The notes beneath the pieces are model-generated. The model had not been told where the DNA came from and did no database searches. It worked only from the letters and a program-made list of their open reading frames with translations. The translations under genes and the position numbers were made by a program. From the NCBI GenBank assembly GCA_002189035.1, contig CM007989.1:3100001-3164000 (forward strand): 64,000 bases of DNA. Direction: 5' to 3'. Source of the stretch: Utricularia gibba (taxonomy: Eukaryota > Plantae > Magnoliophyta). Below, in pieces: positions 26,744 to 37,442 of this stretch (positions are counted from its first letter, which is position 1; each line of letters starts with the position of its first letter).

Positions 26744-28129
26744 CTACTTCATCCACGCAGAGGGGCGAAATTCTGGAGTTTCGGCCTGTCCCTTGTAGCG
26801 GATACCGGAAGTTAGAAAATCCAGAGTGCTATACGGATCGGCTTCCCGCATCTGCTTGAAATCGCCTGTTTGCATTACATCTGAAGAAAAAGACATGATG
26901 ATACTCAGTTCTATGAAGGACCCTCGTGAGCGAACAGCATGCATGCTTTGAGAATGAGTTGCATTGTTTACCTTGAAGATTTTTCATTGAAGCAAGAAAC
27001 TTAGTGCAGTATGTCATCAAGGTGGGGCAATGGTGTCTATGCGCCAGCACCCAAGTGGACGTAGCATTAGTCACAGAAATGCTTCCACAAAGTTCAGCTG
27101 CGCAGACAAGTTTGAGTCTGTGGATGTCATATCGATGTGCGGCAACAAGTAGATCTCGATAGATTGATTTCTGCTCTAGCTTTTTGAACTCACTCGAGTG
27201 TGGTAATTCATCGCAGTATATGAAGTGAAGCATAACCTGTGAGACAGAAAATGAGAATAGTTAAGAGAAGGCAGGCAACTGGGATACATGGATCTGAGCA
27301 ACTCCACCTTAAAAACAGAGGGTTTCATGTCATGAATTGTGATGGGCTCAGCGCCTCCTTCATCTCTTATTAATCCGAAAAACTGGGCACTGAATACAGA
27401 AGAACGTGCACCGAGAATCGCCTTGTGAGCTGGAAAGTGGTCTCCTTCAACATCAAAAATCACGTCTGCCCCCGTAGCACTCTCCAACAGATTCTGTAAA
27501 TGAAAGGAGATGTTCGAGGGGGGAATGGAATCGGGTTATTCTTGACAGGAAAGGCGGTAACGGTCTTTGCACAATTAAAAACATAGATCGCGCATCGAAT
27601 TTGGACATAGTCGTCCTTCAAGAAATCACTTTCCTCCAAAACAGATCGTTTCATGAATCTCGTTGCTCCCCTGTGAGGAATATAAAGATATGCTTCAGTG
27701 AAATCCATTAGGGATCTAAAGAAAACGCTTTGATCATAACTGCTCAGGTCATTGGGAAGAAGAAACTCACCAACGACGGCATGCTCCGAACCTGTGGGCC
27801 TCCGGTGAAACAAAAACTTCGTGGTTGTTACCTCCGGTTTGATCTAAGAGAAAAAACTTGAATGTCGCCCTTGTGCCAATTTCCCCAATTACACATGATA
27901 AATATATTGCAACATGATCAGATGCATTCATGAACCCCGCTGGGTAGAATTCAATCTGCCACCAGCAACCACCAACATGGAATTTATCAGACGACATGCA
28001 TTCTCCACACGCTGTCTCTTTGGCCAGGGAATAATTCCTTATGGTAAAAAGGTGAGATCCTTGGAACGACTCTGGTAACCACACAGAGCATGTTTCCCCT
28101 GGCTGAAATGGCTCGTAGTCATCCTTCAT
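26744..28129 (-). CDS. MATH-BTB (BPM-like) protein, copy D, 4 exons; 1-bp frameshift in the G6 run at 27518-27523
   Basis: QGSHLFTIRNYSLAK..FHVGGCWW..FYPAG; W|GATRF; FPAHKAILGARSSVFSAQFFG..MKPSVFK|VMLHFIYCDELP; AAHRYDIHRLKLVC. A C7 run (C6 observed on the - strand) restores FPPSNISFHLQNLLES. Confidence 0.9.
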
Positions 28130-28684
28130 CTCTGCAAACACAAAGTAGAGATGAATTATAGGAAAAACGGCATCTGGGAATCGCAAAAGTTTAACCTTTT
28201 TCATAGCTATTCATTTTACAACACACATTCATAGAGACGGCGACTACAGAAACATGCTTCAATCAAATGCTGAACTACTATCATAAAATTGCCCAACAGT
28301 CTAAACTCCAGCAGCAAGCGGGGCGCGTATTTCTTTTGTCTCTGTAGTAGTCAACACATTCCTTAAGTTTGCTTCAAGATTTGGAACAGAACCTGGCGGG
28401 GAGGATAATCAAAGACGGGCTCTGCCAATCTCTCGGAGGGTTTTCAGATATAAACAGAACTCAAATAGGCTCAAAGGCCGGAACTTGAGAAGCAACAGCG
28501 GGTCGGTTCCACCACCCCAAATCTCGGTGATTTTGTTTTCTTGATATATTATATTCGAATTTGATCCTTTTATTTAAAATTGATTAATACGACTTAGTAT
28601 TGACATATGATTGTGATATGAGACAATTTATGATATATTCTAATTGAATGATTCTGTACAAAAAATTTAACATCACATGATGGG

Positions 28685-29455
28685 TTAGTCGTCGCCGGCG
28701 CCGCCGTAATCTCCTTCATTCAGTTCCTCATCCTCCGAGGATAGCGGCAGAAGCCAGCACGTGCCGTGAAGGTGGCCGTTCAAGCAAACGAAATACTCAA
28801 CCGCGTCGTCGCTGGACCCCAGCCGCCGTGCGGCGTTACGGCGAGGAATCAGCCTTGCAGCCGTCATACTCCACACGCGCGCGCCGCAATATGGGCAGCG
28901 AACCTGTGCCTCGAACTCCACGCGCCGCCGAATCAAACACTCCCTAGTCCGCGACTTCTTAAATGACCGGAATACCCCTCTGTATATCCCGACGTCGTAC
29001 CCGTCATCCCCTGTAGAATGCTCGCACGGATCCGTCACAAACAGCACGTCGCCACGGCAATTCTTCGCTAGGAAACTCCGACCGGAGGTTTTTGAAAACC
29101 GCGACGATTCCGCGAAGTGCCCAGGCGACGCGTGGCTGGGGCCGAAGTGGCGCGTGGGCACACAGCCGCCGCAGAAGAACAGGAGTTTTGCCAAAGCAGA
29201 CCATCCGCCTACTATCCGGCTATCTTCCGTCAACGTCGATATCATTCTCGGCGCTCGTCGACGGCAAAGCTCCCGCCATAGGATCCTCTTCGCTAGAGCT
29301 CGTAATTTACAGTTCACCGCCGACAAACGACAGAGAGTCCCAATGTCCCAATTCATGAACTCGAACAACAAAATTAAAACCCGCTCGTTGAGAATCCCAG
29401 AGTCCGCGTCCTTGCCCACTCCCAGCCGATTCGGAATCTCGCAACTTCTTTCCAT
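28685..29455 (-). CDS. EDL3: EID1-like F-box protein 3, intronless
   Basis: GILNERVL..LWRELC..RAPRM, GGWSALAKLLFFCGGC, SRFSKTSGRSFL, DVLFVTDPCEH, CPYCGARVWSM and YFVCLNGHLHG. First ATG at 29455 (the track's 29497 start is GTG). Confidence 0.93.
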   Translation of the reverse strand: MERSCEIPNRLGVGKDADSGILNERVLILLFEFMNWDIGTLCRLSAVNCKLRALAKRILWRELCRRRAPRMISTLTEDSRIVGGWSALAKLLFFCGGCVPTRHFGPSHASPGHFAESSRFSKTSGRSFLAKNCRGDVLFVTDPCEHSTGDDGYDVGIYRGVFRSFKKSRTRECLIRRRVEFEAQVRCPYCGARVWSMTAARLIPRRNAARRLGSSDDAVEYFVCLNGHLHGTCWLLPLSSEDEELNEGDYGGAGDD

Positions 29456-29541
29456 TTCCCCTTTCCCGGCGACCGTCACACTGAATCCAGTCTCCACGCC
29501 GCCGATTTGAGTTCAATATAAAACAGGGGAATTAATTTGTG

Positions 29542-29851
29542 AACGTGTCAGCGGGCGATAAGGGCAAGGAATAAAGTACGTACGTGGCTGACCATGATTG
29601 GCTCAACTGAGCTCATTAGAACGCGACACGTGGTCTGTCGAACCATCTTTTCGCTGGTCTAAAATATCTGAGGGCGCCGGGTGGTGCTGTGGGACCACGT
29701 AGGTAAATAAATATCAAGGACACGTGTAACCACGTAAGAGATTGACCTTCGTTTGACTTTGTCAAGATGATTTTTGTCGCATCCGTGCTGACACGTATGA
29801 TTCATAATTTTCTAATGGGAAAAAGTGAGTGGGATGCCCATGAGACACGTT
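29542..29851 (-). promoter_or_regulatory. ABRE/G-box cluster in the EDL3 promoter
   Basis: Eight ACGT-core elements within about 310 bp, including ACGTGTC (29543), ACGTGGC (29582), GACACGTGG (29625), GACACGTGT (29719), GACACGTA (29790) and GACACGTT (29844). Confidence 0.75.
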
Positions 29852-30085
29852 GTCGTCTATGGTATTAGCCGTACAAGTCCATTCATTATGAACTTACATT
29901 ATACTCCACTAATAATGTTTAAATAGATCTTCACACCGAGAGCCTATTTCAAACTTACTTTTAAAACTTCCACATAAAGAATCATCATGCAGTCTCCATG
30001 GGTTTGACTTACGTCCAAGTCCTCTCCGATTTCAAGTTACATGTAAAGAAGTCATTGAAGTTTAGACGTTAGGGCTTAAGATTTA

Positions 30086-30317
30086 GGCTTTGTTTGATTG
30101 GTGTATTTAGATATTGATATGTTAAAATTATTTGGTTTTAGACAAATTTAAAAATATTCATATTCTAAAGTATACATATACTCATATATGAGGATAATAT
30201 ATGAATATAATCATCATTATATTCATATAATTGATATAATTACACCTACATACCAATCAATATAATTTTATTAAATCCAGAATAAACCAATTTTATATTT
30301 TCATATCAAATAAGACT
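30086..30317. mobile_element. Tourist-like (PIF/Harbinger) MITE, 232 bp
   Basis: Imperfect TIRs GGCTTTGTTTGA / TCAAATAAGACT, TTA on both sides (30083-30085 and 30318-30320), and an AT-rich non-coding interior. Confidence 0.7.
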
Positions 30318-31179
30318 TTAGGGTTTGGAGTTTGAATGTGAGACTCAAAATGGGATGCTCAGGCCCGGCCCGGCCCATTCTTGGTTTAGGTTCTAAATGG
30401 GTCGGGTCTAGTCTAGATTGCCCCGATTGAACTCTATAACTACTAATTTATTAGATATTAAAATGAAATGTAAGTAAATCATATATATTCGCCTCATGTA
30501 AAATCCTAATCAAGGTTCATCTTTGATCCAAAATTAGGCACATTTGTTACGTTTTTTTTAAACGTATTTACGACTAGGTATATCCATCGTCACGTTTTTT
30601 GATCGATTAATTAAAAGATTGGTTTAAAGAAGTTTAGTTTTACTGGTCGTCTTGAAACACGATGAGGGACCCGGTGGTGTTAGTTCATGCCGACATCTTG
30701 GAAAGCCACTTGTTAGGACTCAATTATTTTCTTCTGGAAAGGCCGTCTTCTTGGGGACCAAGGGAACGGCACCACTATTTTAATTACAAAAATTAGAATA
30801 ATTGTGACTTGAGGTTCCCTGTGAAGTTGATGGCCACACCACCATGACCATGACTCTTGTTGCATGATGGTATTGTAATTGTGTTTCGCTTCTGGGTTTG
30901 GTGGAAGTTGTCGCCTTTCCACTTCAAATGTCAAATACGCTGAAAATCATGTCAATTTTGATGAAAAATACAAGAAATACCAGTAAACGTCGTCAACAGT
31001 ATACTACTTAAGATGGTGGTTGTGGTTAGTGCCTTTTTCCACTTTTCCAAGTTTTGTGTATTGAGATGAAAATCATGGTTTGCTTGTATGATTGGGTTGG
31101 AATTTTAGGGCCAGGGCTATAAATTGGTTGAGACAAAAGCCATTCCAAGCAAGAAATCTTGCTGGTGGTGATCGTCATC

Positions 31180-32580
31180 ATGGGGACCTTGGGGAACTCA
31201 ATCCATGGTGAGGATGCTGATAACCACAAGCCTAAAGTTGCGGTGCTGCTTGTTCCATTCCCAGCGCAAGGACACCTAAACCAGTTGCTTCAGCTTTCCT
31301 GCATCATATCCTCCCATGGCTTGCCCGTTTTCTACATCGGATCCGAGATCCATAACCGTCAGGCGAAGGTTCGTGCCAACGGCATCGATTCGAAGCATGT
31401 TGCAGCAATCAATTTCCATGACATGCCGCTGCCGCCGTTCGAGTCGCCTCCACCGAATCCTGATTCGCACGACAAGTTCCCGTCGCAGCTGCTTCCTTCA
31501 TGGTATGCGTCTCTGAGTTTGCGTGAGCCCTTTGCGGCATATCTGTGCAGCATGTCCCGGGAATACTCCAGAGTGGTGGTTATCTATGATCCGGCAATGG
31601 CTGCGGTGGTGCAAGATGTTACCTCGGTGGAGAACGCCGAAGCCTATTGCTTTGGCTGCATCCCTGCGCTGTTCAGCGTTGCTTTCTTCCAAGCAACTCT
31701 GGATAACCCGATACCGGAAGATTTCCCCAAGTTGCCGAGTTTAGAGGGAGTTTTCTCAGACGATATCATGAACTTCATGTCTATACATCTAGCGCACACA
31801 GATATTAGAACAGGGGATCTCCTGAACACCTCCAGAGTGATTGAAGGCCCTTATTTGAAGATCCTGGGGACTGAATCGATGTTCAAGAACAAGAAGATGT
31901 GGGCGATTGGGCCGATCATTTCGATGGTATCCCAGTTTTCTTCGCAACACGAAGCTCTCAAATGGCTAGACAAACAAGAACCGAACTCTGTCATCTATGC
32001 GTCTTTCGGAACCACAACTTCTTTATCAAATGAGGAAATACAAGAAATAGCCTCTGGTTTGGAGAACAGCGGGGTGAAGTTCATCTGGGTACTCAGAGAT
32101 GCAGATAAAGGCGACATCTTTGATGGAAAAGTTCGCAGAGGAGAACTGCCAAGCGGGTTCGAGGAAAGGGTGAAGGGAGTTGGACTAGTGATCAGGGATT
32201 GGGCGCCACAGCCCGAGATCCTGAACCATCCATCAACGGGCGGTTTCATGAGCCACTGTGGGTGGAATTCTTGCTTGGAAAGCATCACAGCAGGGGTTCC
32301 GATAGCTGCGTGGCCGATGCATTCAGACCAGCCACTGAACACAGCTTTGCTCACAGATGTATTGAAAATAGGGTTGATTGTAAGAGATTGGAGTCGAAGA
32401 GGAGAGCTTGTAAAAGCAGAAGAAGTTGAAGGTGCTGTGAGGAGATTAATGGCTTCGGCCGAGGGAACCCAGCTCCGAAACACGGCGGTGCAGTTGGGAG
32501 CTGAAGTCCGGCGGGCGACTCAGGCTGGGGGTGCGTCGGCCGTTGACATGGAGTCATTTATAGCTCATATCACAAGATAG
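31180..32580 (+). CDS. UDP-glycosyltransferase, group O (zeatin O-glucosyltransferase-like), intronless, 466 aa
   Basis: VPFPAQGHLNQLLQLS, HNRQAKVR and SVIYASFGTTTS. PSPG box is WAPQPEILNHPSTGGFMSHCGWNSCLESITAGVPIAAWPMHSDQ; the HSDQ ending is typical of ZOG-type enzymes. First ATG at 31180. Confidence 0.92.
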   Translation: MGTLGNSIHGEDADNHKPKVAVLLVPFPAQGHLNQLLQLSCIISSHGLPVFYIGSEIHNRQAKVRANGIDSKHVAAINFHDMPLPPFESPPPNPDSHDKFPSQLLPSWYASLSLREPFAAYLCSMSREYSRVVVIYDPAMAAVVQDVTSVENAEAYCFGCIPALFSVAFFQATLDNPIPEDFPKLPSLEGVFSDDIMNFMSIHLAHTDIRTGDLLNTSRVIEGPYLKILGTESMFKNKKMWAIGPIISMVSQFSSQHEALKWLDKQEPNSVIYASFGTTTSLSNEEIQEIASGLENSGVKFIWVLRDADKGDIFDGKVRRGELPSGFEERVKGVGLVIRDWAPQPEILNHPSTGGFMSHCGWNSCLESITAGVPIAAWPMHSDQPLNTALLTDVLKIGLIVRDWSRRGELVKAEEVEGAVRRLMASAEGTQLRNTAVQLGAEVRRATQAGGASAVDMESFIAHITR

Positions 32581-33052
32581 ACCGCATCTATTGTAAGGGA
32601 ACGGACACCAGGCTACTGTTTGTGAACCTTTTTATTTTGGGAAATACAAATATTTTTTTAAAAAATATTTATTATTAAATGAAAATAATATTAATTTTAA
32701 AATAAATCATTTTATAATGGTTCTTATTTTTAAAAATTAATAAAAATTCAACGTCTATTTCATTAATCAATTAAGTAATCAATTATATTTTTATTTATTT
32801 CGTCATTAAAAATAAAAGAAGAAGGGCCCAAATTGATGTGCAGAATCGGGCCAAGGAAGTGAAAGGTGAAGCCCATTAATGAACGTGCAAAATGTATTGG
32901 CCCAAATGATCGGAAATGCAGCGTCAAATTTCACGACCCTGCCCAAATTTCCGTTGTAGTAGATGTAACTGAACTTGCAGGGGAAGCTTCTGTTCGGAAG
33001 TCCGGTCAATTCGACTGCGGCGGATGCTCGCCGGTGATATTGGGCGTAGATA

Positions 33053-34897
33053 ATGCCAATTGAGATTCCCAAGGGCCTCCCTTTTAGCGTGGATACATGG
33101 ACAAAATCATCATCGGAGAAGCGCCACCATTTTCTTACCCACGCCCACATGGACCATTTACAGAGTATCGCCGGCTGCCGCTGTCGCCCCATCTACTCCA
33201 CATCATTGACCAGGACTATTGTCCAACAGTTCTTCCCAGATATTGATGATTCAAGATTTGTTGGTATCGAAGTTGGGGAATCTTTGGTTGTCGAGGATTC
33301 TGCCGGAGATTTTATTGTCACGGCTTTTGATGCTAATCATTGTCCTGGAGCCGTGATGTTTCTGTTTGAAGGTAAGTTTGGTAATATTTTGCACACGGGT
33401 GATTGTAGATTTACATCTAATTGCCTGCAAAGTTTACCAGTTAAGTACATTGGAAAGCGTGGAAAAGCTCCAAAATGTCAACTTGATTGCGTATTTTTGG
33501 ATTGCACATTTGGCCGATTTCCCTTTGACATGCCGAGTAAACGTATGGCAATTCAACAGGTTATCAATTGTATTTGGGAACATCCTGATGCCCCTGTTGT
33601 GTATTTAGCTTGTGATCTGTTGGGTCAGGAGGAGATTCTTGTAGAGGTGTCAAAGGCGTTTGGTGAGAAGATTTATGTTGATAGTAACTCCAAGTGCTTC
33701 AAAACTCTCCAGATTTTGGCACCGCACATCATATCTGAAGATAGTGCATCACGATTCCACCTACTTGGGTTTTCCTGCTTATATGAAGTAGCTAAATGCA
33801 AAATACTAGCGGCTCGTGAAAATCTTCAGCCTGAGCCTCTAGTTATACGCCCTTCTTCACAATGGTACGCTCAATCTGAGGGGGTTCGGAAAAGGCTGCA
33901 AAAGGGAACAATTGATCAAGCTGTTAGAGATGTAGCTGGTGTCTGGCATGTGTGCTACTCAATTCACTCGAGTAGAGATGAATTGGAGTGGGCCTTGGAA
34001 TGCCTTGCTCCTAAGTGGGTGGTTTCAACAACGCCTCCCTGTCGTGCTATGGAGCTGGATTACATGAGAAAGCATTGTTTGAACAATTCACAGGCTATTA
34101 ATGATTGTGTTTTGAAGCTTCTGAACATGAAAGAAGTACCAAGATCTGGATCAGATGAATGTTGTGGAATTTTGGAATGTGCAGGGGACAGTGGTGAAGA
34201 CAGCACAGAAACACAATGTGAACCTGTAGTCATATCAACACATAGCCGGAAGCGATTGAGTTTTTCCCCTCCTGGAAAAAGACCAGTGATCACGTTGTTT
34301 GGAAGAGCAAGACTTGGGCTACTTGATGATAAACACCCTGCAGTGTCGATCAGTTCAGAGATTTTTGGAAGGACAACAACAGACAATGTGCTATTGGAAA
34401 AGCAAGATGATAAAGAGTCGACGTTGAGCATGATATTAACCGAAAAGGGGGCTGACATTTCAGGGAGTACTGAAATCAGAAATGATAAATGTGCTCCAGA
34501 TTCATCGATTCGTCTTTCAACTTTGTTCCATACAAATAGGAAAAACTCTTCCCGGTCTGATGATGTGCCTTTGGAAAGGCAAGATGTTAAAGAGGTGACC
34601 TTTGAACATGATATTAACCAAAAAGAGGCTGACATTTTAGGTATTACTGAAACAAGAAACAATAAGTCTGGTACAGATCAAGAGACGAAGTTTGCAAAAG
34701 ATTTGCAACATAAGGAGGCTGACTCCTCAGACATTACTGAAAACAGAAACTATGCATACGTGTCCGGTTCGTCCGTTTGGTCCTACAGTGAAAACATGAG
34801 GAAGTACTACCGGTCTCTAAATGTTCCGGTACCACAGAGACTTCCCTCTCTTGTGAAACTGATGAAAGGAATAAAATCAAGAAGGCGATACTTCTGA
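33053..34897 (+). CDS. SNM1B: SNM1B/Apollo-like 5' exonuclease (metallo-beta-lactamase/beta-CASP), intronless, 614 aa
   Basis: MPIEIPKGLPFSVDTW, FLTHAHMDH (HxHxDH), DANHCPGAVMFLFEG..GNILHTGD, FLDCTF, LGQEEIL and VCYSIHSSRDEL. One uninterrupted ORF. Confidence 0.92.
   Translation: MPIEIPKGLPFSVDTWTKSSSEKRHHFLTHAHMDHLQSIAGCRCRPIYSTSLTRTIVQQFFPDIDDSRFVGIEVGESLVVEDSAGDFIVTAFDANHCPGAVMFLFEGKFGNILHTGDCRFTSNCLQSLPVKYIGKRGKAPKCQLDCVFLDCTFGRFPFDMPSKRMAIQQVINCIWEHPDAPVVYLACDLLGQEEILVEVSKAFGEKIYVDSNSKCFKTLQILAPHIISEDSASRFHLLGFSCLYEVAKCKILAARENLQPEPLVIRPSSQWYAQSEGVRKRLQKGTIDQAVRDVAGVWHVCYSIHSSRDELEWALECLAPKWVVSTTPPCRAMELDYMRKHCLNNSQAINDCVLKLLNMKEVPRSGSDECCGILECAGDSGEDSTETQCEPVVISTHSRKRLSFSPPGKRPVITLFGRARLGLLDDKHPAVSISSEIFGRTTTDNVLLEKQDDKESTLSMILTEKGADISGSTEIRNDKCAPDSSIRLSTLFHTNRKNSSRSDDVPLERQDVKEVTFEHDINQKEADILGITETRNNKSGTDQETKFAKDLQHKEADSSDITENRNYAYVSGSSVWSYSENMRKYYRSLNVPVPQRLPSLVKLMKGIKSRRRYF
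34382..34750 (+). repeat. Imperfect internal repeats in the Apollo C-terminal tail (two ~100-bp units and one partial unit)
   Basis: 34382-34483, 34559-34660 and 34708-34750 share the GCTGAC..ACTGAA..AGAAA core: KGADISGSTEIRN / KEADILGITETRN / KEADSSDITENRN. Confidence 0.8.
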
Positions 34898-36096
34898 AGT
34901 TATACATACAGAAGTATACATACTCCCCTCTCTTGCGCCCTGAGTATACATACAATAACCATACTTCTGAAGTTACAAGTACAGGTACAGAAGAAGAACA
35001 CATACACAGTGAAGGAGAGAGCTTGAGGATCACAGATTAGTGATTCTATTGAGTCTGATGCTCATGACATCTGATGGTGTGAATATCAGATTCTCTTCTC
35101 TGATTCTTTAAGTGGATTTGGTTTGTTTCTTCATGGATCAGTGTGTCCAAATGCCTTAATTTAATGGCCAATAAGATGTAACAGAACTTTTTTCAATGAA
35201 GAAAATTCATTCTCCCACAAGAACCTGAGACTTAGTGTTCCACATCAGTTCTAAAAAATCACGCATGCCATTGCCACGTACGGATAAAAATACAATATTT
35301 CTTGTCTGACGCAGGCTATTTTTAGAATGTAAAAATTAATTCGGTAATGGAGAAAACATTGAATTCGGACAGTTGGCAGAACTAACGTTCAGATTTCAGG
35401 AGGCAGAAGCACGTGCCTGAAAAAACAACCAGATCCCACCAAGTCTCATAATTGCACAGCGGTGACATGGACCGGTGAGGGCGCTCGTGTACCTCCCCAG
35501 GCTCCCACGTGTGCAGTGAGAAATTTGGGGCTCTCATCGTTCCCCGTCACGTGAACACGGCCACCCTGTCGCCCTTCACCGCCATAACTCCACGACACTA
35601 TTATGTTCGCCGATGCGTTGCTTTCAGTCAAATGTGGGTTCACATACATGGAAGAAACTCAGAAACCCGCATTGATGAGATGTGCATGTAGAGATGCAAT
35701 GGAAGAAGAGCTCAGGGATGGAATAGGGTGTGATAGTATCTTGTTTATGTTTAAAAAATGGAGCTATGGAGCAGCCATGGCTTGGATGGGGCAGAGCTGA
35801 GTGCTGCTGCAGGTCAAGATCTTATCCACACAACATCAAAGCTTTGCACCCCCTCACCCATTGGGCACTGTCCCTCACCAAAACTACACGCATCCTTTAT
35901 CAGGAAGCTTGATTATTGTGTATTGTCCTTGAAGGCATCAATATATTCAACTTCTTTCTTTGACTTTTTCGTATATTTCTTTTATTGTGCACCCTACAAG
36001 TCTTATTACATGTCTCTGCCTTCACACCCTTACACTCCTATATATAAACCAGCAGCATTCTCCCATTTCCCCCACACTGAAAATCTTGCACCAAGA

Positions 36097-36234
36097 ATGA
36101 GAGCCGCCGCTAACTCAGTTTTCTCTATCAGGAGCTTGAAGAACCGGTCCATGAAGGAGCAGATCAGAGAGCAAAAGGGGCGTTTCTACATTGCTTGGAG
36201 ATGTGTTGTTCTGCTTCTCTGTTGTAATGACTGA
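36097..36234 (+). CDS. RTFL: DEVIL/ROTUNDIFOLIA-like small peptide (45 aa)
   Basis: MRAAANSVFSIRSLKNRSMKEQIREQKGRFYIAWRCVVLLLCCND* contains the RTF domain pattern EQxxRFYIxxRCVxxLLC. Confidence 0.9.
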   Translation: MRAAANSVFSIRSLKNRSMKEQIREQKGRFYIAWRCVVLLLCCND

Positions 36235-36475
36235 GGATGAAGATGGGTCACCAGTGTTTGTACAGTTAGGATCTTGGGCTTTGTTTGCAGTTTTGAATAG
36301 TGTTGTGTGCCCGAAGGAGATGGATGATGATGCCTTCTCGTGTACAGATTAGCTATGACATTAAGTTGAGATCTGTTTCCTTGTAATGAAGACAAATACA
36401 ATGCAAAATTCAGTAGCAATCAACAAAACCAGGATCACAAGATACTGTCAAAGCTCGAGCGGGATTGGGGATAAT

Positions 36476-36572
36476 GGGCCTTAGTTGTTAGATCAGATTG
36501 TTTGGCCCAATAAATAAGTTCTTAATGGGCGAAAGGTGTTGGGCCCATGAGTTTGTTTGGCCCAGCCCAATC
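36476..36572. promoter_or_regulatory. Site II (TGGGCY/RGCCCA) cluster, housekeeping-type promoter
   Basis: ATGGGCC, TTGGCCCAAT, GGGCCCATG and GGCCCAGCCCAAT lie within 100 bp, downstream of the DVL gene and upstream of the candidate gene at 36823. Confidence 0.6.
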
Positions 36573-36822
36573 TGAAGCCGATAGCTTCTCTTTGCCGGAA
36601 CCGAAGGTACCAAATTGCTTCGGGCTCCCGAACGCTGGCGCGGAAGAGATCGGCTGCCCCTCTCTGAGATCTCAAATCAGGGCGCCGATGCTACACTTCA
36701 CCGGCTGGATTTTTTAATCTTGAAAGCAGTATGGAGAAAGTATTTAAACGTCTATCAAGCAGAAGAAAACGACAAGAAATAGGCGGCTGGGCGCTCGTGC
36801 TGTCAGCGAATCATTGAGCGAG

Positions 36823-37442
36823 ATGGGTCAGGTAATCCCGCTTCGTTAGTTGGAGAAAGGCCGCTAGCGGTTCGGTCGACTTTCATAATCGGCCTAGTGA
36901 AACATAGATCCGTTAGCTATAAGGATATGATCAAGCCTTAATGCGATTTGGTTACTTTCCTCCGGCCTAGCGAGCATCTAGAAGGATATTTACAGGGAAA
37001 ATGAGCATTTGGGTGTGCAGAAGCTATGTACACTGTTGTTTGATTTCTGAGAAAAGGGACTGTATATTTCACCGTATAAGGTCACGTTTAGTATCGGTTT
37101 CTCCAGAACTGGAGAAGAGAATGGTTTCCCATGAACTACCTTCGCTTTGGATTGACAAGAGGCCAATCTCGGTTAAGTTTTTGAACGATCAGCATTTTCT
37201 AGTGGGTTCACAAGGCATTCAGGCATTTTCTTTATGTCCCTAGAGAAGCATATGGTTCTCTTCTTGCTATAAATGATATAAGTTTACCAAGTTGCGAAGT
37301 GGAGTTGAGAAAGCGTGCTGAAAATGTTGATACAGAGATTCGACTAATGGAGATGGGACAAAACAGCCTAATCAAGGCACTCGAGATAGATAACTCATAT
37401 TGTGCACATGGAGTCAGCTTTGATTCTGAACATTGCCTTTAG
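36823..37442 (+). CDS. Candidate unannotated 4-exon small protein (~104 aa)
   Basis: Exons 36823-36831, 36971-37012, 37107-37171 and 37244-37442, joined by GT-AG introns of 139, 94 and 72 nt, give one open frame: MGQRASRRIFTGKMSIWNWRREWFPMNYLRFGLTRGQSREAYGSLLAINDISLPSCEVELRKRAENVDTEIRLMEMGQNSLIKALEIDNSYCAHGVSFDSEHCL*. No family recognised. Confidence 0.4.

Noticed and set aside
20758-28129. Calling BPM-A, C and D pseudogenes
   Set aside because: Each has only one homopolymer deletion, the same lesion seen in essential GCH1. Splice sites and the remaining frames are intact.
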